NCBI GenBank assembly: GCA_965205975.1
Contig: OZ242195.1
Location: 4,320,001 to 4,384,000 of the forward strand
Direction of reading: 5' to 3'
DNA from: Candidatus Latescibacterota bacterium
GTDB lineage: Bacteria > Latescibacterota > UBA2968
DNA length: 64,000 nucleotides
Numbering within the stretch: position 1 is the stretch's first letter; each line of letters begins with the position of its first letter. Positions 29,806-39,141 of the stretch are shown here, one piece after another. The position numbers and the translations under genes were made by a program. A model generated the notes under the pieces. The model was given only the letters and a program-made list of their open reading frames with translations. It was not told where the DNA came from and made no database searches.

Positions 29806-32800
29806 TTACTTCATATCGTGGTGTAGTCTGAAATAGGCGTGGTGACCGTATGTATCGAGGCTGCCTTCAAGGCGGAGGATGATGTGTTGCGTGTGCATGC
29901 CCGCGCGAACCCGCAGGGCAAGATCCTGGTTGTGTTGCATGCCCTCGACTGCGAGACCGAACAACGAACCTCTGTGCAGGCCGACGCCGATCCGTTTGTG
30001 CCTGTCTTGTAGTCCGACAAATGGGGTTGCAACTAATTTATCGCTCAGCGGCACGCCATAAGCTACTTCAGTGGATACGCGGTTAGATGCATAGACTTCC
30101 GAGTTGCGACCAGATGCGATGTTGCCCATGTCTGGCATCGACCACAGGGCACGCGCGCTGCCAGATGCGTTGCCCCATGTTGGCGATATCCGAAGCGATA
30201 GCCCCTCGCCCGATGGATTTGGAGACAGGCGGATTGTGCCCGATCCGCCCCATTCTTCATAACTGCTTTCCCGGTGTGCTATGAGGCCGCGCACCCGACC
30301 TTCAATCATCAGGCCCAGCGAGGTCAGTGTATAGCGCATCCCGGCACCAATTTCTATCCCCATGCCCGTGTCTGCATCGCCGCCATCATACCGCATTCCC
30401 ACCTCGGCCAATGGTTGCAGTGATCCCCCGGCGACCCAGAGTACGTGTGATCCCTCTAATAATACGCGTACGCGGCTCGCTGTGCCCTTGTTTTCCAGCA
30501 AATCCCTCAGATCATCCGCATTCGCACGCGATAGCATCATATCAGACGCCAGTGATAATGAGAATCCGTCATGATAGGTCGATCCGATTAAATCGGTGCG
30601 GGTACCAATGGCTCCCATGACCATGTTTGCGTCTGTCTCTAATTGCTTGATGCCCTCGAGGGATAGGGGCAGATCGCCTCCGCCATAGCCCAGCATTCCC
30701 CATACAGAGAATCGGTTTGTCAATGCGAGGCGCGCCCAGGGATAAATACCCGTCAGGGTTGTCTCTACTGACCATTCGTCGCGGGTCTTCAGTATGCCAT
30801 CGCCCATGGTGTAGGATAGGACAAGTCCGCCCTGGAAATTGTTATCTCCGTAGTCGATGCCCAGCATGACCGATGTTACGTCGCCTTCTACTGTCTGATC
30901 GTCGTCGGTGCCGCTAAAGCGCGTTGTTGCACCCCGGCCCCACACTGCCCATCGAGGTTCGCTATACGGTCCCATTGTGCCAGACAGGGCAAATGATGTA
31001 CTCGATATGATTTGCTTCAATATCTCTTTGTTTTGATCGCTCTGCGCGGCCTCAATGCTAAATCTCATTGGGGATTCGCCCGGCCTCAATGCCGGATTAA
31101 AAAATAGTCCGTTGTAATTCATTTGATCCAGATTGTATCCGCCAATCACCACATGGTTGGTGCCCACGTGCCCCCTCACGCGTTCGCGTACTGTTTCGAT
31201 TACGTGATTCGATGCTGTTCGCCCAAATCGCGCCAGCCATCCGTCTAATTTTACCACGCGGGGTTCCTCTGGTGTAATAACTGCTGTCCAAACGCTTTCC
31301 AGTTCTTCGGCATAGCCCAGGTCGTCGGTGAAGTTCACCCGGACTTTTAGCTGGCGATCAACATCGGTTATTGTGACTGCGTATGTCACATCTGTGGCGC
31401 CGATGATTTCGGTTTCAGCACTGCCTACCAGACGGATCCACTGATAGATGTATGATACATTGGTGAGGCCATTGGCATCCTGGATGTTCGAGATGTCCGC
31501 GGTTAGTGTTTGACCTACTTGCGGTGTGCCGGTGATTGTTGGGGCGCCTGTGGCTGGCGAGTTCGAGGGGATGTCGTTGTCGTTTACGGTGACGCTCGCC
31601 GAGGATGGTGTGCCCAACGTGTAGCCTGTTCCGGCTTGTAGTGCTGCGGTTATTGCGCTGGCTTCTTCATCTGTATTGTCGTCGGCTGTTGCGACGGTTA
31701 GAGAGGTCTGGTTGGTGCTGATGGTGACGGTTGATGGTGGTGTGCCGCTGATGACGTTGCCGGTTTCACTGATGTTCACATTGACGGTCAGTTCGGCTGT
31801 GGATGCAGGGGTCGCTGTGATTGTGAAGGTTGCAGCCGCGCCTTCGGTGATGGGTGAGGGACTTGCTGTGATTGTCAAGACTGGCACTACGGGGGCAACG
31901 ACGAGTGCTGTCAAGTCGCTTTCCAATTCTTCGGCGTTGCCCAAATCATCGTTGAAGTTCACCCGGACTTTTATCTGGGAACCAATGTCGGCTGTTGCGA
32001 CTTCGTATGTCACACCTGTGGTGCCTGAGATTTCGGTTTCTACACCGCCTATTACGCGGATCCACTGGTAGATATAGGTGACATTTTCGAGGCCGTCGAT
32101 ATCCCGGATGTTCGAGACGTCCGCCGTCAGTGTTTCTCCCACTTCGGGTGTGCCGCTGATTGTTGGGGCGCCTGTGGCTGGATAGTTGGGGGGTGTGTCG
32201 TTGTCGTTTACGGTGACGCTTGCCAAGGATGGTGTGCCTACTGCATAGCCTGTTCCGGACTGTAATGCTGCGGTTATGATGCTGGCGTTTTCATTTGTGT
32301 TATCGTCTTCTGTTGCGACTGTCAGGATTGCGGTGGTTTCATTGGCGTTAATGGTGATGGTTGAAGGCGGTGTGCTGCTGATGACACTACCCGTTTCTGT
32401 CACGCTTATGTTCACGGTCAGTTCGGCTGTCGGTGCAGGTGTCGCTGTGATTGTGAATGTGGCATCCGTGCCTTCGGTGATGGGGGAGGTCCCTGCCGAG
32501 ATGGTCACCTGTGGGACCGGTGCTTCGCGGGTGACTGTGATGGTGTAGGTCACTTGCGTGGTGCCGTCTTCGGCTGTGACTATTACTGTGATGGTGTTTT
32601 CGCCTTCGACAAGTGACACGTCCAATGTGGTCGCGGTCTGTCCGTTGATGGTTACGGTTGCACCCGGGTTGTTGGCTGTCGCTGTAATTGTTATGGTCGA
32701 GATCCCATTTTCCACTGAGACGGTGTAGTCCAATGTCGCCGGGTCGAATGCCGGGGTCAGTGTGCCGGGATTGATGGTCAAGTCGCTCAGGGTTGCGTCT

Positions 32801-35800
32801 GTGGATGGGGCACCGCGGGTGATTGTGATGGTGTAGGTCAGTTGCGTGGTGTTGTCTTCGGCTGTGACTGTTACCGCGATGTCCATTGTGTCGCCGGTAA
32901 ACGGTACGTTTGATGTGGTCGCGGTCTGCCCATTGATGGTTACGGTTGCATCCAGGTCACCGGGTATTGCTGTGACTGTTACCATTGAGGTCGCGTGCGG
33001 CACTGTGGCGGTGTAGGTGTATGTGTCGGGATCGAATACTGGATTCAGTGTGCCGGGGTTGATTGTCAGGTTGCTCAGGGTTGCGTCGGTCGATAAGACC
33101 ACTTCGTCGTCCAGTACGAATACTTTGGCTGAGGATGGGTCGCCTACTGTGTAGCCTGTTCCAGCTTTTACTTGTGCGGTTACGACACTGGCGTGTTCAT
33201 CTATGTCATCGTCGTGTGTTGCGACTGTCAGTGTGGCGGTGGTGTAGCCGGCACTGATGGTGACGGTCGATGGGGGTGTGCCGCTGAGCATTTTGGCGGT
33301 TTCGGTGACGCTTATGTTCACAGTCAGGGGAGTAACCGATGGCTGGTTTGCTGTGATTGTGAAGGTGGCATTCGTGCCTTCGGTGACGGTTGTGGGATTC
33401 GCTTTGATGGTCACCTGTGGGAGGCTTGTTGGCGCACGGTTGACGGTGATGGTGTAGGTCAATTGGGTGACGCCATCCACGGCTGTTACTGTTACTGTGA
33501 CGTCCATCGAGTCACCGGTAAATGGTATGTTCAATGAGGTGGTGTTCTGGCCGTTTATGGCTACGGTTGCGTCCGGGTTATTGGGTGTTGTTGTAACTGT
33601 TACGGATGAGGCATCGTGAGGCACGAGGGCGGTGTAGGACAATGTCTCCGGGGCGAATGTCGGGGTCATCACGCCGGGGGTGATGGTGAGGTTGCTCAGG
33701 GTTGCGTCCATCGCGGGTGGCAGGTCGTCATCCAGGACGAGTACTCTGGCTGAGGATGGTGTGCCTACTGTATAGCCCATTCCGGTTTGCACTTGCGCGG
33801 TTACGACACTGGCGTGTTCATCTGTCTTATCGTTGTCTGTTGCGACTGTCAGGGTGGTTTGACCAGCGCTGATGGTGACGGTTGAGGGGGGTGTGCCGCT
33901 GAGGGTATTGGCGGTTTCGGTGACGTTCACGTTCACAGTGAGTGTGATTGTGGGGGCAGGTGTCGCTGTGATTGTGAAAGTGGCAGGCGTGCCTTCGGTG
34001 ACACCTGGGGGGTCCGCTGTGATTGTTATGATCGGCGTTACGCCAGGGATGACCACCATCGCTGTCAATGCGCTTTCGAGTTCTTCGGGATAGCCCACAT
34101 CGTCGGTGAAGTTGACCCGAACTTTTAGCTGGTAACCGCTATCGGCTGTTACGACTTCATGCGTCGAGTCCGTGGCTCCGGCGATTTCCATTTCCACACT
34201 GTCCATGACGCGGATCCACTGATAGGTGTATGATACATTGGTGAGGCCATTGGCATCCCGGATGTTTGAGACATCGGCTGTCAGTGTTTCACCCAACGCG
34301 GGTGTGCCGATGATTATTGGGGCACCTGTGGCTGGATAGTTGGGGGGTGTGTCGTTGTCGTTTACGGTGACGCTTGCCGATGATGGTGTGCTCACTGTGT
34401 AGCCCGTGCCTGCTATTACCTGCGCCGTTACGGTACCAGAGGATTCGCGTACGTCATCATCGTGTGTTGCGACTGTGAGTGTGGCGGTGCTCTGTCTGGC
34501 TTTGAAGGTGACTGATGATGCCGGTGTTCCACTGAGGATATCGCCGGTTTGGGTCAGCTTTACCTTCACCTTCAGTGCGGCTGTGGGTGCGGGATCCGCT
34601 GTGAGTGTGAATGTGGCAGCCGTGCCTTCGGTGACGCTCGCGCGATTCGCCGCGATTGTCATTTCTGGCGGATCTGGAGTCTTTACCCCTGGGCCATCGT
34701 TGTCTTCAACGGTGACAGTTGTCGAGGATGGTGTACCTGCTGTGTAGCCTGTTCCGGCCTGTACCTGCGCGGTTATTACACTGGCGGTTTCTCTTACATT
34801 ATCGTCGTCCGTTGCGACTATCAGTGTGGCGGTGCCAGAGGTACCAATGGTGACTGTTGCGTCCGGTGTGCCGCTGATGACGTCGCCGTCCTCGCTGACG
34901 TTTATACTTACGGTTATTGTGGTTGACGGTGCAGGGGATGCTGTAAGTGTAAATGTTGCATCCGTGCCTTCGGTGATGGGTGAGGTTCCTGCCGAGATTG
35001 TCACCTGTGGGGTTCCAGGCACTGGTGGTTGCTGTGTTGTTGGCGGCTGCGTTGTTATTGGTGGTGATCCAGGCGTCTCGTCGTCATCTACTGTCACCCT
35101 CACCGAGGCCGCTGTTACGTTGTTGTAGTCACCGCCGCTGACTGTGTGTTGTACGGTGGCTGAGTCGTTCGTCGCGTCATCGTCCTGGTCCGCATTCACT
35201 GTTACCGTTTGCGCTGTGCTCCAGTCATTGTTCGTGAAGGTCAGGCTCGTCTCCGACACGGTCACGTCCTCAGACGATCCCGATGCCTTTGACACCCCCA
35301 CTATCACGGTCGCTGTCGGCTCCGAGGTCAGAACCACCGTGTAGGTATTGTTGCTTCCCTCGTTCACGGTCAGGGAGGTGGGTGATACCCTCACCCCGCG
35401 CGTGTCGTTGTCCCGAATCGTCCCGGTCGCTTCATCGTCCCCTATTATCGCGTTGGTGCTCGCATTGCTCAGTGTTACGGTGAAGGTTTCGTTGTCTTCA
35501 TCTATATCGTCGTTCTCTATTGTTATGCTGATCGTCTGTGACGCCGTGCTACTGGCGGGGAATGTCAGGTTGCCGTTATCCGCGGTGTAGTCCTCTCCCT
35601 CTGTCGCCGTGCCGTTTGATGTTGCGTAATCCACTGTCACGGGCTGGGTACTCGCCACGCTCAGACGCACCGTGAACGACATTGTCCCGGCGCTCTCAGA
35701 CGCACTTGCATTGTCAATGCTCAGCGTCGATATGTCGTTTTCGATGATCGTTACTATTACCGGATCCGCTGACTCCCCGGCGTAGTCGCCGCCGCTGACC

Positions 35801-38178
35801 GTGTGCGTGATAGTCACTGATGGATCTAAGTCCGAGTCGGTGTCATCAGCCGCATCCACTCTCACTGTTTTCGGGTTATGCCAGTTGCCCGTCGTGAATA
35901 TCAAACTCGTCTGATTTACCGACACATCCGTGTTCGATGGCACGTTCACCGACACGGTCACGTTCTCGGTCGGCTGCGAGGTCAGCACTACTCTGTAGGT
36001 GTTGTTGCCATTTTCCGGCACGTTTAATGCTGTCGGTTCCACCGTCACTCCACGCGTGTCGTCATCCTCAATGGTTCCGGTCGCAGAGGTAGTCCCCAGC
36101 GTCGCGTTGCTCACATTGCTCAGCGTCAAGGTGAAGGTTTCGTTATTTTCATCTATATTGTCATTCCGGATCGTTACGCGGATGGTCTGTGTGCGAGCAC
36201 TGTTCGGGGAGAATGTCAGCCTGCCGCTCCTCTGTGTATAGTCCCCAGGTGCTATCGCCGTGTCGTCCGATGTCGCATAATCTACCGTTACTGTTTGTGC
36301 ATTCGGCCCATTTAGTGTCACGGTGAATTCCATGCTTCCCGCACTCTCTGCAACGGTCTGATTCGCGCCGATTGATAGCTGTGGCATGTCGTTGTCTTCA
36401 ACAGTGACGGTTGCCGAGGATGGAGAGCCTGTTGTATAATCTGTTCCGCTCTGCAGTCGCGCTGTTATCGTGCCACTCAACTCATCTATATTATCATTTT
36501 CGGTATTGACTGTTAGTGTGGCGGTGGCCTGGTTGGTGCTGAAATCGACGGTTGAGGGCGGTGTGCCGCTGATGAAATTGCGGTTCTCGCTGACGCTTAC
36601 GGTCACGGTTAGTGGGGTTGCCGGTGCGGGATCCGCTGTGATTGTGAATTCCGCATTTTCACCTTCGGTGATGGGCGTCGTTACCGCTTCGATTTTTATC
36701 CGCGGATTGTCATTGTCTTGAATGATGACGGTTGCCTTGTCTGGGTCGCCTACGTCATAGCCTGTTCTCTTCAACAGTTCCGCGCTTATCTCGCCATTCG
36801 GTTCATCTACCTGATCATTTTCAGTATTGACTGTTATTGTGGCGGTGGATTGGTTGGCGTTGAAGAAGACCGTGTGAATGCCTTCGCCCGGTGTGCCGGT
36901 GATGAAATCGCCGATCTGGCTGATGCGCACTTCTGCATTTAGTGGAGCCGTCGGAGCAGGGTCCATTGTGATTTTGAATGTCTTGGTCTGACCTTCGATG
37001 ATGGTTGGAGGATTTGTTTCAATTGTCCCGACTGGCATTTCTCCACCCACGACTGCTGTCAACGCGCTTTCGATCTCACACGTACCGTTATTGAAGGTTA
37101 CCTTAACTTTCAGTCGGTGATCATTATCGTCTGACACTATTGTATATGTGCTACCCGTCCCGATATTGGTCTCTGTATTGCCCTGCACGCGAATCCATTG
37201 AATAGTTGTCACACCGCTGAGGCCATGGGAGACGGTTAATATTTCACCCTCGTCGAGCGTGCCGCTGATTGTTGGGGCTCCTGTCGGTTGCCAGCCTGGA
37301 GGAGCATAAACATCTATGGTCACCGAAGATGGATCGCCTACTTTGTAAGCCGCGTCGCCAGGATTAATACCGAGGTTGTCTCCATAGTAGTAGGCATCCA
37401 AGAGATAGGATTCAATTTTGCGTCTCGGTGTGTGCCCACAGGTCTCTTCCTGTACGCGGAAAGAATACGATCTCTCCCCTGGCGGATGCCTGTTGTCCGA
37501 CTGCGGATGAAGGATTTCCACCATCGGTTCCCAGTCGGTAATATCCGGCAGGTGTCCGCCCGTTCGGAAATCCACCCGATGCCTGTAGCCGTGAGGTTCG
37601 GTGCGCTTCATTGTGAGCGTCACCCTGTCGCCTATTGCGACCCGCGTTTGGTTTGTGTGAAGCGTTACGACCGGAAGTTCCATCATCGACGGTGGATCGT
37701 CGTTGCTATTCGGATCTGGTGGCGCATCCTCGTCACTGTCAATCACCTGCACGGATGCATCTCCCGGGTCACCAACCGTGTAGCCATTCCCTTCTTCTAT
37801 TGACACGCTCACCGAGCCCCAATTGTCTGTTTGTCCCTCCTCGTAGAGTTCATCCGGTCTCTCATTGAAATCCTGGATCGGTACTCTCAGTGTGGCCTGT
37901 CCAGAGGTCCCGACGGTGATTGTCGTAGGACGCGTGTAGTTGTCGGGGAGGACAGGTCCGCTACTGGTCACTTCTATGTTCACCGTCAGGTTACTGGTTG
38001 GGGCTGGTGTCACCGATATGATAAATGTGGCGCTCTTGCCTTCCATGACGCTGGTAGGGCTTGACGCAATTGAAACCTCCTGCGCCCCTGCCGCGATTGG
38101 CAATGCCAGCATGAGAATGAAGGCTGTCAGGCGGGTGCGGATGATGTGTGAAAAAATTTGTTCAATTTGTGAGAACAT
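29806..38178 (-). CDS. giant repetitive surface adhesin / autotransporter (Calx-beta, cadherin-like beta-sandwich and Ig-like repeats)
   Basis: 2790 aa, signal peptide, Thr-rich; Calx-beta (VTVDYATSD/N..TA...DY, ETFTLTLSN), 3x DATLS(N/D)LTI, GAPTIxGTP-YQWIR modules, C-terminal WLARFGRT followed by a beta-barrel-like region. Confidence 0.85.
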   Translation of the reverse strand: MFSQIEQIFSHIIRTRLTAFILMLALPIAAGAQEVSIASSPTSVMEGKSATFIISVTPAPTSNLTVNIEVTSSGPVLPDNYTRPTTITVGTSGQATLRVPIQDFNERPDELYEEGQTDNWGSVSVSIEEGNGYTVGDPGDASVQVIDSDEDAPPDPNSNDDPPSMMELPVVTLHTNQTRVAIGDRVTLTMKRTEPHGYRHRVDFRTGGHLPDITDWEPMVEILHPQSDNRHPPGERSYSFRVQEETCGHTPRRKIESYLLDAYYYGDNLGINPGDAAYKVGDPSSVTIDVYAPPGWQPTGAPTISGTLDEGEILTVSHGLSGVTTIQWIRVQGNTETNIGTGSTYTIVSDDNDHRLKVKVTFNNGTCEIESALTAVVGGEMPVGTIETNPPTIIEGQTKTFKITMDPAPTAPLNAEVRISQIGDFITGTPGEGIHTVFFNANQSTATITVNTENDQVDEPNGEISAELLKRTGYDVGDPDKATVIIQDNDNPRIKIEAVTTPITEGENAEFTITADPAPATPLTVTVSVSENRNFISGTPPSTVDFSTNQATATLTVNTENDNIDELSGTITARLQSGTDYTTGSPSSATVTVEDNDMPQLSIGANQTVAESAGSMEFTVTLNGPNAQTVTVDYATSDDTAIAPGDYTQRSGRLTFSPNSARTQTIRVTIRNDNIDENNETFTLTLSNVSNATLGTTSATGTIEDDDTRGVTVEPTALNVPENGNNTYRVVLTSQPTENVTVSVNVPSNTDVSVNQTSLIFTTGNWHNPKTVRVDAADDTDSDLDPSVTITHTVSGGDYAGESADPVIVTIIENDISTLSIDNASASESAGTMSFTVRLSVASTQPVTVDYATSNGTATEGEDYTADNGNLTFPASSTASQTISITIENDDIDEDNETFTVTLSNASTNAIIGDDEATGTIRDNDTRGVRVSPTSLTVNEGSNNTYTVVLTSEPTATVIVGVSKASGSSEDVTVSETSLTFTNNDWSTAQTVTVNADQDDDATNDSATVQHTVSGGDYNNVTAASVRVTVDDDETPGSPPITTQPPTTQQPPVPGTPQVTISAGTSPITEGTDATFTLTASPAPSTTITVSINVSEDGDVISGTPDATVTIGTSGTATLIVATDDDNVRETASVITAQVQAGTGYTAGTPSSTTVTVEDNDGPGVKTPDPPEMTIAANRASVTEGTAATFTLTADPAPTAALKVKVKLTQTGDILSGTPASSVTFKARQSTATLTVATHDDDVRESSGTVTAQVIAGTGYTVSTPSSASVTVNDNDTPPNYPATGAPIIIGTPALGETLTADVSNIRDANGLTNVSYTYQWIRVMDSVEMEIAGATDSTHEVVTADSGYQLKVRVNFTDDVGYPEELESALTAMVVIPGVTPIITITADPPGVTEGTPATFTITATPAPTITLTVNVNVTETANTLSGTPPSTVTISAGQTTLTVATDNDKTDEHASVVTAQVQTGMGYTVGTPSSARVLVLDDDLPPAMDATLSNLTITPGVMTPTFAPETLSYTALVPHDASSVTVTTTPNNPDATVAINGQNTTSLNIPFTGDSMDVTVTVTAVDGVTQLTYTITVNRAPTSLPQVTIKANPTTVTEGTNATFTITANQPSVTPLTVNISVTETAKMLSGTPPSTVTISAGYTTATLTVATHDDDIDEHASVVTAQVKAGTGYTVGDPSSAKVFVLDDEVVLSTDATLSNLTINPGTLNPVFDPDTYTYTATVPHATSMVTVTAIPGDLDATVTINGQTATTSNVPFTGDTMDIAVTVTAEDNTTQLTYTITITRGAPSTDATLSDLTINPGTLTPAFDPATLDYTVSVENGISTITITATANNPGATVTINGQTATTLDVSLVEGENTITVIVTAEDGTTQVTYTITVTREAPVPQVTISAGTSPITEGTDATFTITATPAPTAELTVNISVTETGSVISSTPPSTITINANETTAILTVATEDDNTNENASIITAALQSGTGYAVGTPSLASVTVNDNDTPPNYPATGAPTISGTPEVGETLTADVSNIRDIDGLENVTYIYQWIRVIGGVETEISGTTGVTYEVATADIGSQIKVRVNFNDDLGNAEELESDLTALVVAPVVPVLTITASPSPITEGAAATFTITATPASTAELTVNVNISETGNVISGTPPSTVTISTNQTSLTVATADDNTDEEASAITAALQAGTGYTLGTPSSASVTVNDNDIPSNSPATGAPTITGTPQVGQTLTADISNIQDANGLTNVSYIYQWIRLVGSAETEIIGATDVTYAVTITDVDRQLKVRVNFTDDLGYAEELESVWTAVITPEEPRVVKLDGWLARFGRTASNHVIETVRERVRGHVGTNHVVIGGYNLDQMNYNGLFFNPALRPGESPMRFSIEAAQSDQNKEILKQIISSTSFALSGTMGPYSEPRWAVWGRGATTRFSGTDDDQTVEGDVTSVMLGIDYGDNNFQGGLVLSYTMGDGILKTRDEWSVETTLTGIYPWARLALTNRFSVWGMLGYGGGDLPLSLEGIKQLETDANMVMGAIGTRTDLIGSTYHDGFSLSLASDMMLSRANADDLRDLLENKGTASRVRVLLEGSHVLWVAGGSLQPLAEVGMRYDGGDADTGMGIEIGAGMRYTLTSLGLMIEGRVRGLIAHRESSYEEWGGSGTIRLSPNPSGEGLSLRISPTWGNASGSARALWSMPDMGNIASGRNSEVYASNRVSTEVAYGVPLSDKLVATPFVGLQDRHKRIGVGLHRGSLFGLAVEGMQHNQDLALRVRAGMHTQHIILRLEGSLDTYGHHAYFRLHHDMK

Positions 38179-38211
38179 TTTTTTGTCCGTGACGCTCTCT
38201 TGAGGCGTGTT

Positions 38212-38619
38212 TCACGATTCTGTATCGCGGTCCAGGTCGATGGCTACGGAGTTAATGCAATAGCGCAGGCCCGTGGGGGCGGGTCCGTCGTCGAAGATGT
38301 GACCCAGGTGGGCGTCGCAGCGGGCGCAGGTGACTTCGATGCGGCGCATGCCAAAGCTCAGGTCTTCGTGCTGGTTGATACGTTCGGGGTCAATGGCGTC
38401 AAAAAAGCTGGGCCATCCGCAGTGGGAATCGAATTTCTGGTCTGAGCGGAAGAGTTCAGCATTGCAGCATACACAGCGATATACGCCTTCTTCACGGCAG
38501 TCCCAGTACATGCCTGTGAAGGCGCGTTCCGTGCCTTTTTGGCGGCAGACGTAGTATTGTTCGGGCGTGAGTTGTTCCCGCCATTCTCGGTCTGTTTTGG
38601 TGATTTTTTCGTCGTTCAT
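38212..38619 (-). CDS. msrB: peptide-methionine (R)-S-oxide reductase
   Basis: [43 protein letters not shown]. Confidence 0.97.
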   Translation of the reverse strand: MNDEKITKTDREWREQLTPEQYYVCRQKGTERAFTGMYWDCREEGVYRCVCCNAELFRSDQKFDSHCGWPSFFDAIDPERINQHEDLSFGMRRIEVTCARCDAHLGHIFDDGPAPTGLRYCINSVAIDLDRDTES

Positions 38620-38631
38620 GTAGATCCTTTT

Positions 38632-39141
38632 TTATTTACTAATGCTTTTCATGATGCGTTCGATAGCGCCGTCGGCAAGTGCCTGCATTTCTTCGTCGGT
38701 GCGATCCTGGATGGGATGGGCGACGAAGACGCGAGCGGGATTAAATCCCAGGGCAGTCGATTGGGCATCGGCTGCTTCTCGGAACGGCTCGGATGCGACA
38801 AAGACGGTGGGTATGCCGCGCGTTTCCAGGTTGGTCGTGTCGTGCACACTGCACGTTGTACAGGACCCTCAATCGGCCAGGCCTTCGACGACGACATCGC
38901 ATTCGGTGGCGATTTGTTGCTGGAGTTCGATGGGTGCCGGGCGCGTGAATGTGGGTTTGATGTAGCGGTTGACTTTGAGGTTGCGCTGTGCGAGGTGCGT
39001 TTCGATGCGGTCGAGGAAGACGTCGCCCCGGCTTTTGGATATGTCGAGAAGTCCGATGGTCAGGCCGTCGAGTGATTGCGGGCGTTTTACCCGTTCTCTC
39101 TGTGCTGGTTTTTGTTCGGATGTGGGGTCGAGCAATTTCAT
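38632..39141 (-). CDS. UGSC-motif selenoprotein (UGA at 38869-38871 read as Sec), 169 aa
   Basis: Two in-frame ORFs separated by a single TGA give ...VVEGLAD-U-GSCTTCSVHD...RGIPTV; ATG overlaps upstream stop (ATGA); hairpin follows the UGA. Confidence 0.88.
38833..38868 (-). promoter_or_regulatory. candidate bacterial SECIS element
   Basis: mRNA UGA-G-GGUC-C-UGU-ACAA-CGUGCA-GUG-UGCACG-ACA-C-GACC; perfect 6-bp upper stem 13 nt after the UGA with a G-starting apical loop. Confidence 0.7.
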
